Positions 45,694 to 54,546 of a stretch of DNA of 64,000 nt are shown here, one piece after another; the first letter of the stretch is position 1; the number at the start of each line of letters is the position of its first letter. This stretch comes from a virus: IMG/VR virus record IMGVR_UViG_3300026078_000023, positions 29,290 through 93,289 of that record; one strand, 5' to 3'. The notes beneath the pieces were generated by a model. It saw only the letters and a list, made by a program, of their open reading frames with translations, searched no databases and was not told where the DNA came from. A program made the translations under genes and the position numbers.

Positions 45694-45726
45694 AAAATGA
45701 AACGGGGCCCCGCGTGGGACCCCGTT
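45694..45726 (-). terminator. Intrinsic terminator after the major capsid gene
   Basis: AACGGGGTCCC-ACGC-GGGGCCCCGTT then TCATTTT. Confidence 0.75.
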
Positions 45727-45751
45727 AGGAGAGACGACCAGGCGGCGAGGG

Positions 45752-47116
45752 TTACTCGCCGTGGATGCAGACCACGGCGCGCTTGAACGTCGCCGGGGAC
45801 GAGGCCGCGAGCTCGTCGCTCGGGATCGGCCAGTCGCCCGAGATGCTCCAGGACGACGCCGTCACCTGCTGCAGGCGGTCCAGGGGCGCCCGCATGATGA
45901 GGCGGATCCGCTCGGTCATGACCTGGATGCCGCCGTTCGTCACAGCGAACTCCCCGATCTTGCCCATCACGCCCGCCTCGCTGATGTAGCGAGACTCGTC
46001 GAGGTACTTCTCTTCGACCACGCCCTGGCCCGTCACGATCGGGCGGTGGACCGAGATGCCACCGGCGTTCGTCACCTCGAACCCGTGCGTCGCACCGTTG
46101 ATGGTGTCGGTGTCGCAGTTCGTGAGGTACGGGACCTCGTTGTTCTCGTAGAACGCGGCGTTCAGCATCACCTTGATGACGAACTCGCGGTAGTGGATGC
46201 CCTCGGGCAGCGACTGGTTGAGCCGCTGGAACTCGTTGTCGCCGAACACCTGGTTCACCGACGCGGGGTCCACGTGGAAGTGGTACATCCCGTCCTCGTG
46301 GGTGGGGATGTTGTTGAAGCGCAGCTTCGCGATCGCCGAGCGGACGTCGCCCAGCGTGAAGGTGTCGGACGACGTGATGTCGTCGACCGACGTGCCGCCG
46401 CCCGAGTACACCAGGTCGGTCCGGTTCGCCGAGAGCACCGATGAGCGCGCCGCCAAGTTCGAGCCGAGCGCAGGGGAGATGGTCAGGGTCCCGCCGTGGA
46501 CCTCGTCGCCCGAGGTGTCCGAGGTGAACCCGGTGATCTGGCCGGCGTATGCGATGGCCGGGATCGTGATGCTGATCGGGTTCGTGCTCGAGACCAGCTG
46601 CGGTCGGCCCTGGTACAGCTTGCGAGTGAAGCCGCCCAGGTTCGCGACGTGGATCGTCGAGTTGCCGGACGTCTGCGCGACGTCGGTCACCGTGTTGCCG
46701 GAGACGTACGCGTTGTAGATCCGATCGCGCACGACGCGGTTGATCGACTGGCCGGCCTGCATGCCCAGCGCCTGCATGTTGCTCAGGTACTGGCTGGCCA
46801 GCGTGACGTAGCTGGTCGGCATGTGCGTGTCCACCGTGTCGCTCCACTGGGCCGCGGTCGCGTCCCACTGCTCGGTCTGGGGCGTCTTCGGCATCGGGTC
46901 CTGACCCGGCGTGGTGGGCCGGGTGCGGACCTTCATCAGGCCACGGCGGGTGAACGTCTGCGAGCCGCCCAGGTTCTGCGCCCACAGCTCTGCGTTCGCC
47001 TCCATGCGGAACAGCAGGCGCGGGAACAGGGCGTCGCGGAACATGCGCTGGAGCGTTCGGTCCTGGATGGTGGCGACGACGCTCGGGTTGAACGCGACGG
47101 AAATGTTGTCGGCCAT
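45752..47116 (-). CDS. Major capsid protein
   Basis: 454 aa after the scaffold; strong SD, own promoter and terminator; LGMQAGQSINRVVRD, APLDRLQQ..SW. Confidence 0.85.
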   Translation of the reverse strand: MADNISVAFNPSVVATIQDRTLQRMFRDALFPRLLFRMEANAELWAQNLGGSQTFTRRGLMKVRTRPTTPGQDPMPKTPQTEQWDATAAQWSDTVDTHMPTSYVTLASQYLSNMQALGMQAGQSINRVVRDRIYNAYVSGNTVTDVAQTSGNSTIHVANLGGFTRKLYQGRPQLVSSTNPISITIPAIAYAGQITGFTSDTSGDEVHGGTLTISPALGSNLAARSSVLSANRTDLVYSGGGTSVDDITSSDTFTLGDVRSAIAKLRFNNIPTHEDGMYHFHVDPASVNQVFGDNEFQRLNQSLPEGIHYREFVIKVMLNAAFYENNEVPYLTNCDTDTINGATHGFEVTNAGGISVHRPIVTGQGVVEEKYLDESRYISEAGVMGKIGEFAVTNGGIQVMTERIRLIMRAPLDRLQQVTASSWSISGDWPIPSDELAASSPATFKRAVVCIHGE

Positions 47117-47140
47117 GGTCTGTGATCTCCTTGGTTAATC

Positions 47141-47170
47141 AAGCTGCCAGGACGACGACTCCGCCGTCAA
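47141..47170 (-). promoter_or_regulatory. Sigma70-like promoter of the major capsid gene
   Basis: TTGACG-18-CAGCTT followed by SD AAGGAG. Confidence 0.65.
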
Positions 47171-47174
47171 GAAA

Positions 47175-48008
47175 TCAGCCGAAGTTGTGGCGAGAGCGGA
47201 GGTGACGGTTGAACTCCTCGGGAGACATGTCGTCGACGTCCTTCGGCGGCGGTGGCGCCGGCGGCGTCGCTGACGTCGGCGCGCCACCACCGGGAGCGGT
47301 GCTCTCTGGCGGCGCAGTCGCCGGGGGCACCGGGACGACCTGCGGCGGGGCCGCTGGCGCGCCGAACAGGTACGGCATGTCGGCCTTCATCCCGACGAAG
47401 AACGCGCGCGGCTCTTTCGCCTTCTCGGGGCCCTCGGTGCGGACGTGCTGCTGGTACTGGTCCAGCGCGAAGGCGATGTGCTTCTCGACGATCCCCGCCG
47501 CCATCGCGTCCTGCCGCAGGCCGAGCTCGAACACCTCGGCCTCGTGGCGCGACTGCAGGCGCTTGTACTTCGTCTTCCACTTGTCGCCGCGCTGGCGCTC
47601 GCGCTGGGTCCGCTCGTCGGGCGGATCGCCCGCGCCGGGCGCCGCCGGAGCGGCCGCCGCGGGTGCGGGAGCCGCCGCGGGTGCCGGCGGCGTCGCCTGC
47701 TTCGCCCGCGCCAAAATCGCCTTGGCCTCCTCGAGCGTGCAGCCGAGCTCGTCCTGGACCATCTGCTGCGCGCGGCGAGCGGCGCGCTTCTTCAGGTCGG
47801 CCTCCGGGATGCGGTGAACGCGGCCGGGCTGACCGGGGGCGGCGGCGGGCGGCGCGCCGGGGGCCGGGGCCGCGGGTGCGGCGGCGGGCGCTGCGGCCGG
47901 TGCCGGTGCGGCGGGTGCCGCGGGGGCTGCGGCGGCGGGCGCGGCAGCGGGTGCCGCGGGTGCGGCGGGCGGGTTGGTACCTGGGATCGTCTCCTGCTCT
48001 GGCGGCAT
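47175..48008 (-). CDS. Capsid scaffolding protein
   Basis: Ala/Pro-rich, coiled coil, PYLFG, C-terminal DDMSPEEF. Confidence 0.8.
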   Translation of the reverse strand: MPPEQETIPGTNPPAAPAAPAAAPAAAAPAAPAAPAPAAAPAAAPAAPAPGAPPAAAPGQPGRVHRIPEADLKKRAARRAQQMVQDELGCTLEEAKAILARAKQATPPAPAAAPAPAAAAPAAPGAGDPPDERTQRERQRGDKWKTKYKRLQSRHEAEVFELGLRQDAMAAGIVEKHIAFALDQYQQHVRTEGPEKAKEPRAFFVGMKADMPYLFGAPAAPPQVVPVPPATAPPESTAPGGGAPTSATPPAPPPPKDVDDMSPEEFNRHLRSRHNFG

Positions 48009-48171
48009 CGTGCTCTCTCTCAGTCGGTCCCTCGGGTCGGTGTGCGTGGCCGGATTTAACCGCCCGGCCGGGCGTGGGGGAGGGAACCGCGGACCCCTAC
48101 CCGAGGACCCCCGCTGATACGGACGGCGCGCCCGGGGGTACCCCGGATGCTCGGCGCGCCGCCCGCGCGGA

Positions 48172-48582
48172 TCACTTGTCGAGGGGCTGGCTGAGCCCGG
48201 ACCGGGTCACGTCCGACGCCTTCGCGTACGTGAAGGCGGCCACGGTCACCGCGTCGGCGGTGTTGAAGAGGACCTTCTTGTTGCCGTCCCAGATGGCCTC
48301 GCCGGGGACCGGGACGAGCGCGCCGGGACCCGAGATCGGGCCCTGCCGGACGGACTTGATGCCGGTCGACGTGGCGGTGGTCGCGTTCACCAGCACGAGC
48401 GACGTCGGCTGGTTCGCCAGCGTCGCGACGTTCGACGTCACGGACACGCCGGTCTCCGTGGCGGTGAGACCGGACAGGAGCAGGTTGAGCAAGTCGCCGA
48501 ACTGCAGCGAGCGGAACACGTCCGCCACGCGGTTCGGGTTCCCGCTGTTGAGGCTGTCGCGGATCGTGGACTCGGCTGCCAT
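48172..48582 (-). CDS. Putative head decoration protein
   Basis: Small beta-rich ORF, SD AGGAG, TTGACA promoter. Confidence 0.55.
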   Translation of the reverse strand: MAAESTIRDSLNSGNPNRVADVFRSLQFGDLLNLLLSGLTATETGVSVTSNVATLANQPTSLVLVNATTATSTGIKSVRQGPISGPGALVPVPGEAIWDGNKKVLFNTADAVTVAAFTYAKASDVTRSGLSQPLDK

Positions 48583-48657
48583 TGGTGAATCTCCTAGTGA
48601 GCGGTTGACGTGCGCGGCTGGTGCGTCGTCCAGACTGCGTCGCGCGCGGTCGCGGTG

Positions 48658-50910
48658 TCAAGGAACGGAGGCGTCGGAAAGCACGACCAGGTCGACCTCC
48701 CCGATGCCGGAGATCGCGAGACCCGTCAGGCGCGAGGCCGACAGCCACAGCAGCCCGGACAAGGGGACCACGGCGGTCCCGCTCGAGGACGTCAGGTGCA
48801 GGGCGACGTCGCGCCCGCCGATCCGGGAGGCGGCCACGAACGTCGCGGCGCGGGACAGCTCCATCTGGTACGGGTCGTCGCGGCGCCGGCGCAGCTGGAG
48901 GCGCCCGCAGAACGACGTGACCGCCAGGAGGCGCCGGTCGCAGTCGGCCACCTCGTCCCCGGCGAGGACGGCCACCAGGCGAGCGCTCACCTCGCCGACG
49001 CTGAGCGGCTGGATGACGATCCCACCGGACGGCACGATCCGCCCGGCCGCGGTCGCCACTGCCTGGCCTGCGACCCCCACCGCCACCGAGAGCGACACGG
49101 CGCCGGCCGCGGTCGCCAGCTGCTGGCCGCCGACCGGCCTCGAGGCGCCCGGAACCGGCTGCCCGGCGGCAACGCCCGCGCCAGCGCCCGCCAGGGCGAC
49201 CACCGAGGTCGGGGAGAGCGCCCCCGGCGACCCGGAGGCCGCCTGCCCCGCGAGGACAGTGGCGCTCTGCGGGGCGACCACGCCGCCGGCGACGCTGGCC
49301 GCCGACCCGGAGGTCGCCCTGGCCAGCGCCGGGGAGGCCGTGCCCGGGGAAGCCGCGGCCGCCGCCCCCAGGAGGGTGAGCACCGACGCCGGGGACGCGC
49401 TCCCGGCGGCCGAGTTCGCGCCCTGCCCCGTGAGAGCTACCGTCACGCTGACGCCGAGGGCGCCGGCCAGGGCCTGGAGCGCCTGCCCGACGAGGACCAC
49501 GCCCCCGGGGGTCGACAGGTTGCCGGCCTGGGCCTGGGCCTGGGCGCCGGCCAGGAACGCGGCCACGGCCGGGACCTGCGAGCCCTGGGCCCCGGTGGCG
49601 GCGATCCCGGACAGGGCCCGCGCGATCGCGGGCGACGCGGTGCCGGTGACCGCGGCCACCGCCTGACCCCCGACCGCCAGCGAGAGCGTGACGGTGACCG
49701 CCCCGGCCGCCGCGGTGGCGGCTTGGCCCGCCAGGGCGACCACGGACGCCGGCGCGAGCGCACCGGAGGCGCCCGTCGCCGCCTGCCCCGCCGGTGTGAC
49801 GGCCGCCGACGCCGCCACCGACCCGGAGGCGGTCCCGGCCTGCTGCCCAGACACCGCCTTGCTCAGGGCGGGCGTCACCGCGCCGGCCGCCGCGGTCCCC
49901 GCCTGGCCGGGGAGCGGGACGGACGAGGTGACGCCGGCGGCCCCGGCCGAGCCCGCCAGTTGCTGGCCGGACAGCGCGAGGGAGGTGGCCGGGGTTGTGG
50001 TCCCCGCGGCCGAGCTAGCGGCGGACCCCGACGCGGCCACGTTCGTAGCGGGGAGCGCGGTGCCGGCGGAGGCCGTCGCCACTTGGCCAGACAGCGACAC
50101 CGTCACGCCGGAGGCGACAGTGAGGCCGTCGTCGTCGACGATCCTGCCCATCGCCCACGGGTCCGCGCCGAACAGCTGGACCTCGGCCTTGGTCAGGTTG
50201 CGCGTCCAGATCCACGCCCCCGCCAGCTGCGCCACGCCCGCCGCGATGTTCTGGGTCCCCAGGATCACGTCGCTCGCGGTGGGGATGCGCGCCGCCCCAC
50301 CGCCGCCGAGCGTGCCGATCGATCCGACCACGCCCGGTTCGAGCAGCAAGCCGCCGACGCCGCCGCCGGCGTTGATGTCCTGGTAGCTCCAGACGATCAG
50401 CCGAAAGCGCGAGGTCGTGAAACCGGAGGTGCCGGGAGAGGACTGGCCGCGGTTGTTCTGCTGCGTGTAGACCTGGCCGGCGACGAAGTTGCTGCCGAAC
50501 CCGACGCTGCCGCTCTCCTGGTTCGGGGCGGTGTTGTTGTTGTAGGTGCCGATGCCAACGATCGGCACCTGCGTCCCGGCGGTCGCCGTCGTGACGCGGA
50601 AGAGGGCCGCGAACGTGATGCCCCAGCGGCCGGTCGCGTTGGCCGCGAGCTCCTGGTGGAGCATCGGCGTGAGGGCCGCCTTCCACCGGATCTCCTTCGT
50701 CCCGCTTAGCGAAACGGCGGGACCGACCTCTCCGGAGACGAAGTCGGCCCCAACCAGTCCGGACGGCGTCCCGATCGCACCCGACACCAGGTCCTTGAAG
50801 CCGGCCGAGCCGCCGTGCTCGGTCAGCGCAGCGAAGAACCCCAGGTCCTGGCTGAGGGGATGGTGCTCGTTGAACCTCACCACCTCCGGCTTTACGGGAA
50901 AGCCAGCCAT
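48658..50910 (-). CDS. Putative head fibre: lectin/LamG-like N-domain, ~20-aa Ala/Gly repeats, C-terminal anchor domain
   Basis: IWTRNLTKAEV (LamG-like end); roughly 18 L.G.AA..A.G repeats; C-terminus resembles 16860-17234. Confidence 0.65.
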   Translation of the reverse strand: MAGFPVKPEVVRFNEHHPLSQDLGFFAALTEHGGSAGFKDLVSGAIGTPSGLVGADFVSGEVGPAVSLSGTKEIRWKAALTPMLHQELAANATGRWGITFAALFRVTTATAGTQVPIVGIGTYNNNTAPNQESGSVGFGSNFVAGQVYTQQNNRGQSSPGTSGFTTSRFRLIVWSYQDINAGGGVGGLLLEPGVVGSIGTLGGGGAARIPTASDVILGTQNIAAGVAQLAGAWIWTRNLTKAEVQLFGADPWAMGRIVDDDGLTVASGVTVSLSGQVATASAGTALPATNVAASGSAASSAAGTTTPATSLALSGQQLAGSAGAAGVTSSVPLPGQAGTAAAGAVTPALSKAVSGQQAGTASGSVAASAAVTPAGQAATGASGALAPASVVALAGQAATAAAGAVTVTLSLAVGGQAVAAVTGTASPAIARALSGIAATGAQGSQVPAVAAFLAGAQAQAQAGNLSTPGGVVLVGQALQALAGALGVSVTVALTGQGANSAAGSASPASVLTLLGAAAAASPGTASPALARATSGSAASVAGGVVAPQSATVLAGQAASGSPGALSPTSVVALAGAGAGVAAGQPVPGASRPVGGQQLATAAGAVSLSVAVGVAGQAVATAAGRIVPSGGIVIQPLSVGEVSARLVAVLAGDEVADCDRRLLAVTSFCGRLQLRRRRDDPYQMELSRAATFVAASRIGGRDVALHLTSSSGTAVVPLSGLLWLSASRLTGLAISGIGEVDLVVLSDASVP

Positions 50911-50916
50911 GGCGAA

Positions 50917-51417
50917 CTACGCGATGGTCTCGTAGACCGGCTTGACCGTGATCCGATGGTTGCCGGACGTCGCGTTCAGGTTGACGCCGGTGTTGTGGAC
51001 CGCGAAGACCACGAACTGCGCCGGGCACTTCCCGCCGAACAGCGCGGCGACCGAGACGTTGGTGAATTCGTAGGCGACGTTCGAGGTAGCGGTGACGATC
51101 CCGACCCACGCCATGCGGCCGTACTGCTGGAGCTGGGCGCGGCTGGTGACGGTCTCGGCGCTGTTGGTCCCGTCGAACACGTCGGGCCAGTTCGTGTCGT
51201 CGCTCTTGGCGATGACCCACACCTCGATCGCCGTGTCCACGGTGGGCGTCGTGCCCGTCGTGATCTTCCCGGACAGGAGGTAATCCAGGTACACGTTCGT
51301 CGTGTTGTCGATCGCGTCGGACTCCTCGCCGGCGACCAGCGTCGACGACGTCGCCAGCGACGCCAGCGGGATCGTCAGGGCCGACGAGGCTACGTATGTG
51401 AGCTTCCGGGTGGCCAC
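50917..51417 (-). CDS. Putative virion structural protein
   Basis: Beta-rich; LASLA..S.AIDNT, V.NNTG-like end. Confidence 0.6.
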   Translation of the reverse strand: MATRKLTYVASSALTIPLASLATSSTLVAGEESDAIDNTTNVYLDYLLSGKITTGTTPTVDTAIEVWVIAKSDDTNWPDVFDGTNSAETVTSRAQLQQYGRMAWVGIVTATSNVAYEFTNVSVAALFGGKCPAQFVVFAVHNTGVNLNATSGNHRITVKPVYETIA

Positions 51418-51437
51418 GGCTCAGGCTCGTTTCTCTA

Positions 51438-51728
51438 TCAGGTGCCGGCCTTCGGCCCCTTGGCCGCCTTGGGGTCCTGGCCCCACCCCTTCTCGACCCG
51501 GCGCTCCACGCGCTTCACGTGGCTGGTCCCCGGGATCTTGTACTCGACCCAGTGCAAGTCGCTGTCGGGAGCAGAGGTGTCCTCCCCCGTCGTGACCTCG
51601 AGGTTGTCCGTCGGGACCGGCACCTCGACGTCCCTGGTGACCGGGACGCCGAATGCGGCACCGAGCGCGTCGGCGTCCACCGGAACGCCGACGACGGCGG
51701 GCCGGTTGCTCTTGAAGTAGTTCGCCAT
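51438..51728 (-). CDS. Hypothetical protein
   Basis: ORF MANYFKSNRP... Confidence 0.55.
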   Translation of the reverse strand: MANYFKSNRPAVVGVPVDADALGAAFGVPVTRDVEVPVPTDNLEVTTGEDTSAPDSDLHWVEYKIPGTSHVKRVERRVEKGWGQDPKAAKGPKAGT

Positions 51729-51739
51729 CGCCGGACGCC

Positions 51740-52207
51740 TCAGGCGATGCGGAGCAGGCCGTTGGTGGCGTCGTTGGTCGGCATGGTCAGGGTGAAGTTC
51801 CCGGCCGTGACCGACTGCGACCCGAACGTGTAGACGCCCACCGCCCGGTTGCTCTGGGTGCTGTTGTAGAGCAGGCACGCGTCCACCGTGGTGAGCGTGA
51901 CCGTGGTCCAGGCGAAGTTCGCGGAGGGCGTCCAGAACGCGGTGGTGCCGGTCGACGTCGGCGCGGTGCCGTTCGTGACCGTCACGCCGCCGGCCGTGTA
52001 GCCGGTCCCGCTCGCCTCGTTGGTCGTGCTGTAGACGGTGGTCGCGGCGCCGAGGGACCCGGCCGTCGTGAACAGGGCCGCCTTGAAGGTGTCCGTGGTC
52101 GGGGCCGTCAGCGACGTCCGCGACACCAGGGTCACGGCGCCGAACTGGTGGGCGCCGAGCATGAGCTCGACCTTGAACGACGTGCAGATCGCTTGAACGT
52201 TCGCCAT
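51740..52207 (-). CDS. Conserved phage virion protein
   Basis: CTSFKVEL..H.F, FKAALF, NEASGTGYTAGG, AGNFTLTMP. Confidence 0.7.
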   Translation of the reverse strand: MANVQAICTSFKVELMLGAHQFGAVTLVSRTSLTAPTTDTFKAALFTTAGSLGAATTVYSTTNEASGTGYTAGGVTVTNGTAPTSTGTTAFWTPSANFAWTTVTLTTVDACLLYNSTQSNRAVGVYTFGSQSVTAGNFTLTMPTNDATNGLLRIA

Positions 52208-52210
52208 TTC

Positions 52211-52756
52211 TCAGCTCATCCTTCCCTGTTCGCCCGCCATGGACGGGATCACTTTTTTACGCACGTAGACCGACCGGTGGACGTGCTCCTCGCGGCCCGG
52301 CTCGTAGAATTCGACAGCGGTCACGTACTCGTCGGGGCCGTCGTCCTCGGTCCGACGGACGACCAGGCCGGCCACGGGCCGGAGCCGGAACCCCTGCCCA
52401 TCGCGGTAGTCGATGGGGATCGTCCCGTCCTCGGCGACGAGGTGCTGCGGCTCCGCGAACCTCGGGTCCTTGTAGGAGTACCGGATCCCGCGGTAGTCGT
52501 CGCCCTTCGCGAACAGCGCCGCCTCGGAGCGGTGCACGCGCTCGGCGCCGAGCCAGTACTCGACGAAGTAGCCGAACCTGGCGCCGTCGTCGATCGAACC
52601 GGTCCGCCGCTCGAGCAGCTCGTCCGGGACGGACACCTCGTAGCGCCCCGAGGCGTCGAGGTCGCCGGACACGGTCCCGACGTCGAAACCACCGAGCGAC
52701 AGCTTCCCCCCTTGCAGGGCGAGCAGGTTTCCGGGGACGCTGCAGGGGACGCTCAT
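52211..52756 (-). CDS. Hypothetical protein
   Basis: MSVPCSVPG start just after TTGACA-18-CAGCAT. Confidence 0.65.
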   Translation of the reverse strand: MSVPCSVPGNLLALQGGKLSLGGFDVGTVSGDLDASGRYEVSVPDELLERRTGSIDDGARFGYFVEYWLGAERVHRSEAALFAKGDDYRGIRYSYKDPRFAEPQHLVAEDGTIPIDYRDGQGFRLRPVAGLVVRRTEDDGPDEYVTAVEFYEPGREEHVHRSVYVRKKVIPSMAGEQGRMS

Positions 52757-52977
52757 TGCCTGAGGGCCATGCTGCGGCCCGCGCGTCCGCGGTGTCAAGA
52801 TTTCAGCGGAGAGGCGAGGGCGCGTCGTGCGCCAGTCCTACCGCGGCGCCCACGAGGGCGGAGAGCGCCAGGCGGCCGCGGCGCCGCCCCTCGCGCTCGA
52901 CCTGGTAGAGCAGGGTCGGCCGGACGCGCCAGTACCACCATGGCACGTCGCCGTAGTCGTTCGACCGGCGACGTCGG

Positions 52978-53379
52978 CTAGCCGACGTCGCCGGCGATGA
53001 CGTAGCTGATGTCACCCGCGCCTACCACCTTGATCGCGGTCATCTCGTCGCCGGCGCCGGGGGCGTGCAGGACGAGCTCGTCGGAGATGGGGACGACCTG
53101 GTCGACGCCGCCGTTCGGGCTGGAGAGCAGGAGCCGCATCGGGAGTTGGGTCCTGAACGCCAGGAAGCGGACCTTCGCGATGCCCTCGAGCGGGATGACG
53201 TACGGCGACCCGAGGTTCGGGTTCTGGACGTTGGGGCGGCCGCTCTTCCACGCGCCGTACGCGGCCTGCGTGAAGATCTGGAGCGTGTCCGTGAGGGACG
53301 GCGACCCCGGGTAGCAGCTGCCGGTCACGGGGGAGACCACGACCGCGCCGGTGACCTGGACGAGTGCTGGCTGTCCCAT
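52978..53379 (-). CDS. Beta-rich putative virion protein, paralog of 16860-17234
   Basis: 31-bp identical DNA block (53047-53077 = 16923-16953) and shared motifs. Confidence 0.75.
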   Translation of the reverse strand: MGQPALVQVTGAVVVSPVTGSCYPGSPSLTDTLQIFTQAAYGAWKSGRPNVQNPNLGSPYVIPLEGIAKVRFLAFRTQLPMRLLLSSPNGGVDQVVPISDELVLHAPGAGDEMTAIKVVGAGDISYVIAGDVG

Positions 53380-53570
53380 CAGAAGTCCACCAGGGGTGTG
53401 CCGACGGGGTACGAGTCCCCGATCGGGTTGGGGTTGCGGACCGGGTTGAGGGCGGTGCCCCAGGCCTCGTCCTCGGGGATCCGGTGGTCGCCGCGCGCGC
53501 GGGCGAACCCGGCCTCTGGGTCGACCACGGGGAGACCGTCGCGGACGGAGATCTCAGCGGGCGTCGGCAC
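53379..53570 (-). CDS. Small hypothetical protein
   Basis: Coupled 63-aa ORF. Confidence 0.55.
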   Translation of the reverse strand: MPTPAEISVRDGLPVVDPEAGFARARGDHRIPEDEAWGTALNPVRNPNPIGDSYPVGTPLVDF

Positions 53571-53572
53571 CC

Positions 53573-53770
53573 TCAGTCGCCCCTCAGGTTCTTGTAGGGG
53601 GTCGGGTTGCTGACGGGCAGGGTGGCGGACGGGTCGTCCGGGAGGTTCCCGGACGACTCGCGCTCCAGCGCGGAGACCGACGGCGCCTCGGACGCCGGCA
53701 CCGGCACGAGGACCGGGAGCACGGCCCCGGGTCGGGGCGGCGTCATCGGCGTCTTGAAAGGGAGCGGCAT
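53573..53770 (-). CDS. Small Pro-rich hypothetical protein
   Basis: SD GGAGG. Confidence 0.55.
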   Translation of the reverse strand: MPLPFKTPMTPPRPGAVLPVLVPVPASEAPSVSALERESSGNLPDDPSATLPVSNPTPYKNLRGD

Positions 53771-53780
53771 GGCCGGCCTC

Positions 53781-54158
53781 CTAGTCGTCGCCTTCGTCCG
53801 TCTCGTCGTCCTCGCCGGAACCCTCGTCCTCGGCGTGCTCCTCGTCGTAGTCGTCGGCGAGCTCGGTCACGTCCTCGAGGAACGTCTTCAGGTCCTCGTT
53901 GAGGGCGTCCAGGCGCTTGCGGAACGCCTTGGCGTCGGCGGCCGGGAGCTTGATCTCGGAGAGCGCCTCCATGTGCGCGGTGGCGTCCTCCTCGAGGCCG
54001 CGCAGGCACTCGCCCAGCGTCTTCGCGGCGCCGGCGTCACCCGCGGCGCCGGCGCCACCGGCGGCGTCCCCGCCCACGCTGCCGGCGCCCTTCTTCGGGG
54101 TCGCGGCTCGGTTCTGGGCCCAGTTGCTCACCTGACTCGCGTCGAACTCTCTGGCCAT
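53781..54158 (-). CDS. Acidic hypothetical protein
   Basis: MAREFDASQ start 6 nt after TTGACA-18-CATCCT. Confidence 0.7.
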   Translation of the reverse strand: MAREFDASQVSNWAQNRAATPKKGAGSVGGDAAGGAGAAGDAGAAKTLGECLRGLEEDATAHMEALSEIKLPAADAKAFRKRLDALNEDLKTFLEDVTELADDYDEEHAEDEGSGEDDETDEGDD

Positions 54159-54204
54159 GGGCCGAGGATGGGGCGCGCGGCGCTGCGGTGTCAAGGAAAC
54201 CGGA

Positions 54205-54546
54205 TCACCGACCGCGGCACCCGCGGCGCGCGACCAGCCCGGGGGCGCGCGCGTGGCCGCGCGTGGCGCGCGGGACGACCGCGATCGGACTCGGCAGCGG
54301 CGGCGGGCACCAGCGCAGCGCGCGCGCCCTCAGCGGCAGGACACGCTCCAGGTTCGCCAGGTCCAGGCCGTCGCGCGGGCTGTTACTGCTGAGGTGCTCG
54401 ATCACCAGGGCGATGCCGCCTCGCACGCGCATCTCGGTCGCGCTCGTCGCGCCCGCGGTCGAATCCCAGGTGACGATGACGACCGAGGTCCCCCCGTACG
54501 TGACTTCGATCGGCGGCGACGCCGCGGTGCTGGCGTAGGCCGTCAC
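54205..54546 (-). CDS. Hypothetical protein
   Basis: GTGA-coupled ORF. Confidence 0.45.
   Translation of the reverse strand: MTAYASTAASPPIEVTYGGTSVVIVTWDSTAGATSATEMRVRGGIALVIEHLSSNSPRDGLDLANLERVLPLRARALRWCPPPLPSPIAVVPRATRGHARAPGLVARRGCRGR

Noticed and set aside
47620-47975. GC-rich tandem repeats as a CRISPR array or VNTR
   Set aside because: They encode the Ala/Pro low-complexity linkers of the scaffold; there is no repeat-spacer periodicity and no cas genes.
1204-50709. Many long plus-strand ORFs (e.g. 1204-2940, 12120-14075, 29940-31730, 39045-41744, 47252-49666)
   Set aside because: They are antisense shadows of well-supported minus-strand genes in high-GC DNA, with Arg/Pro/Ala-rich translations and no motifs.
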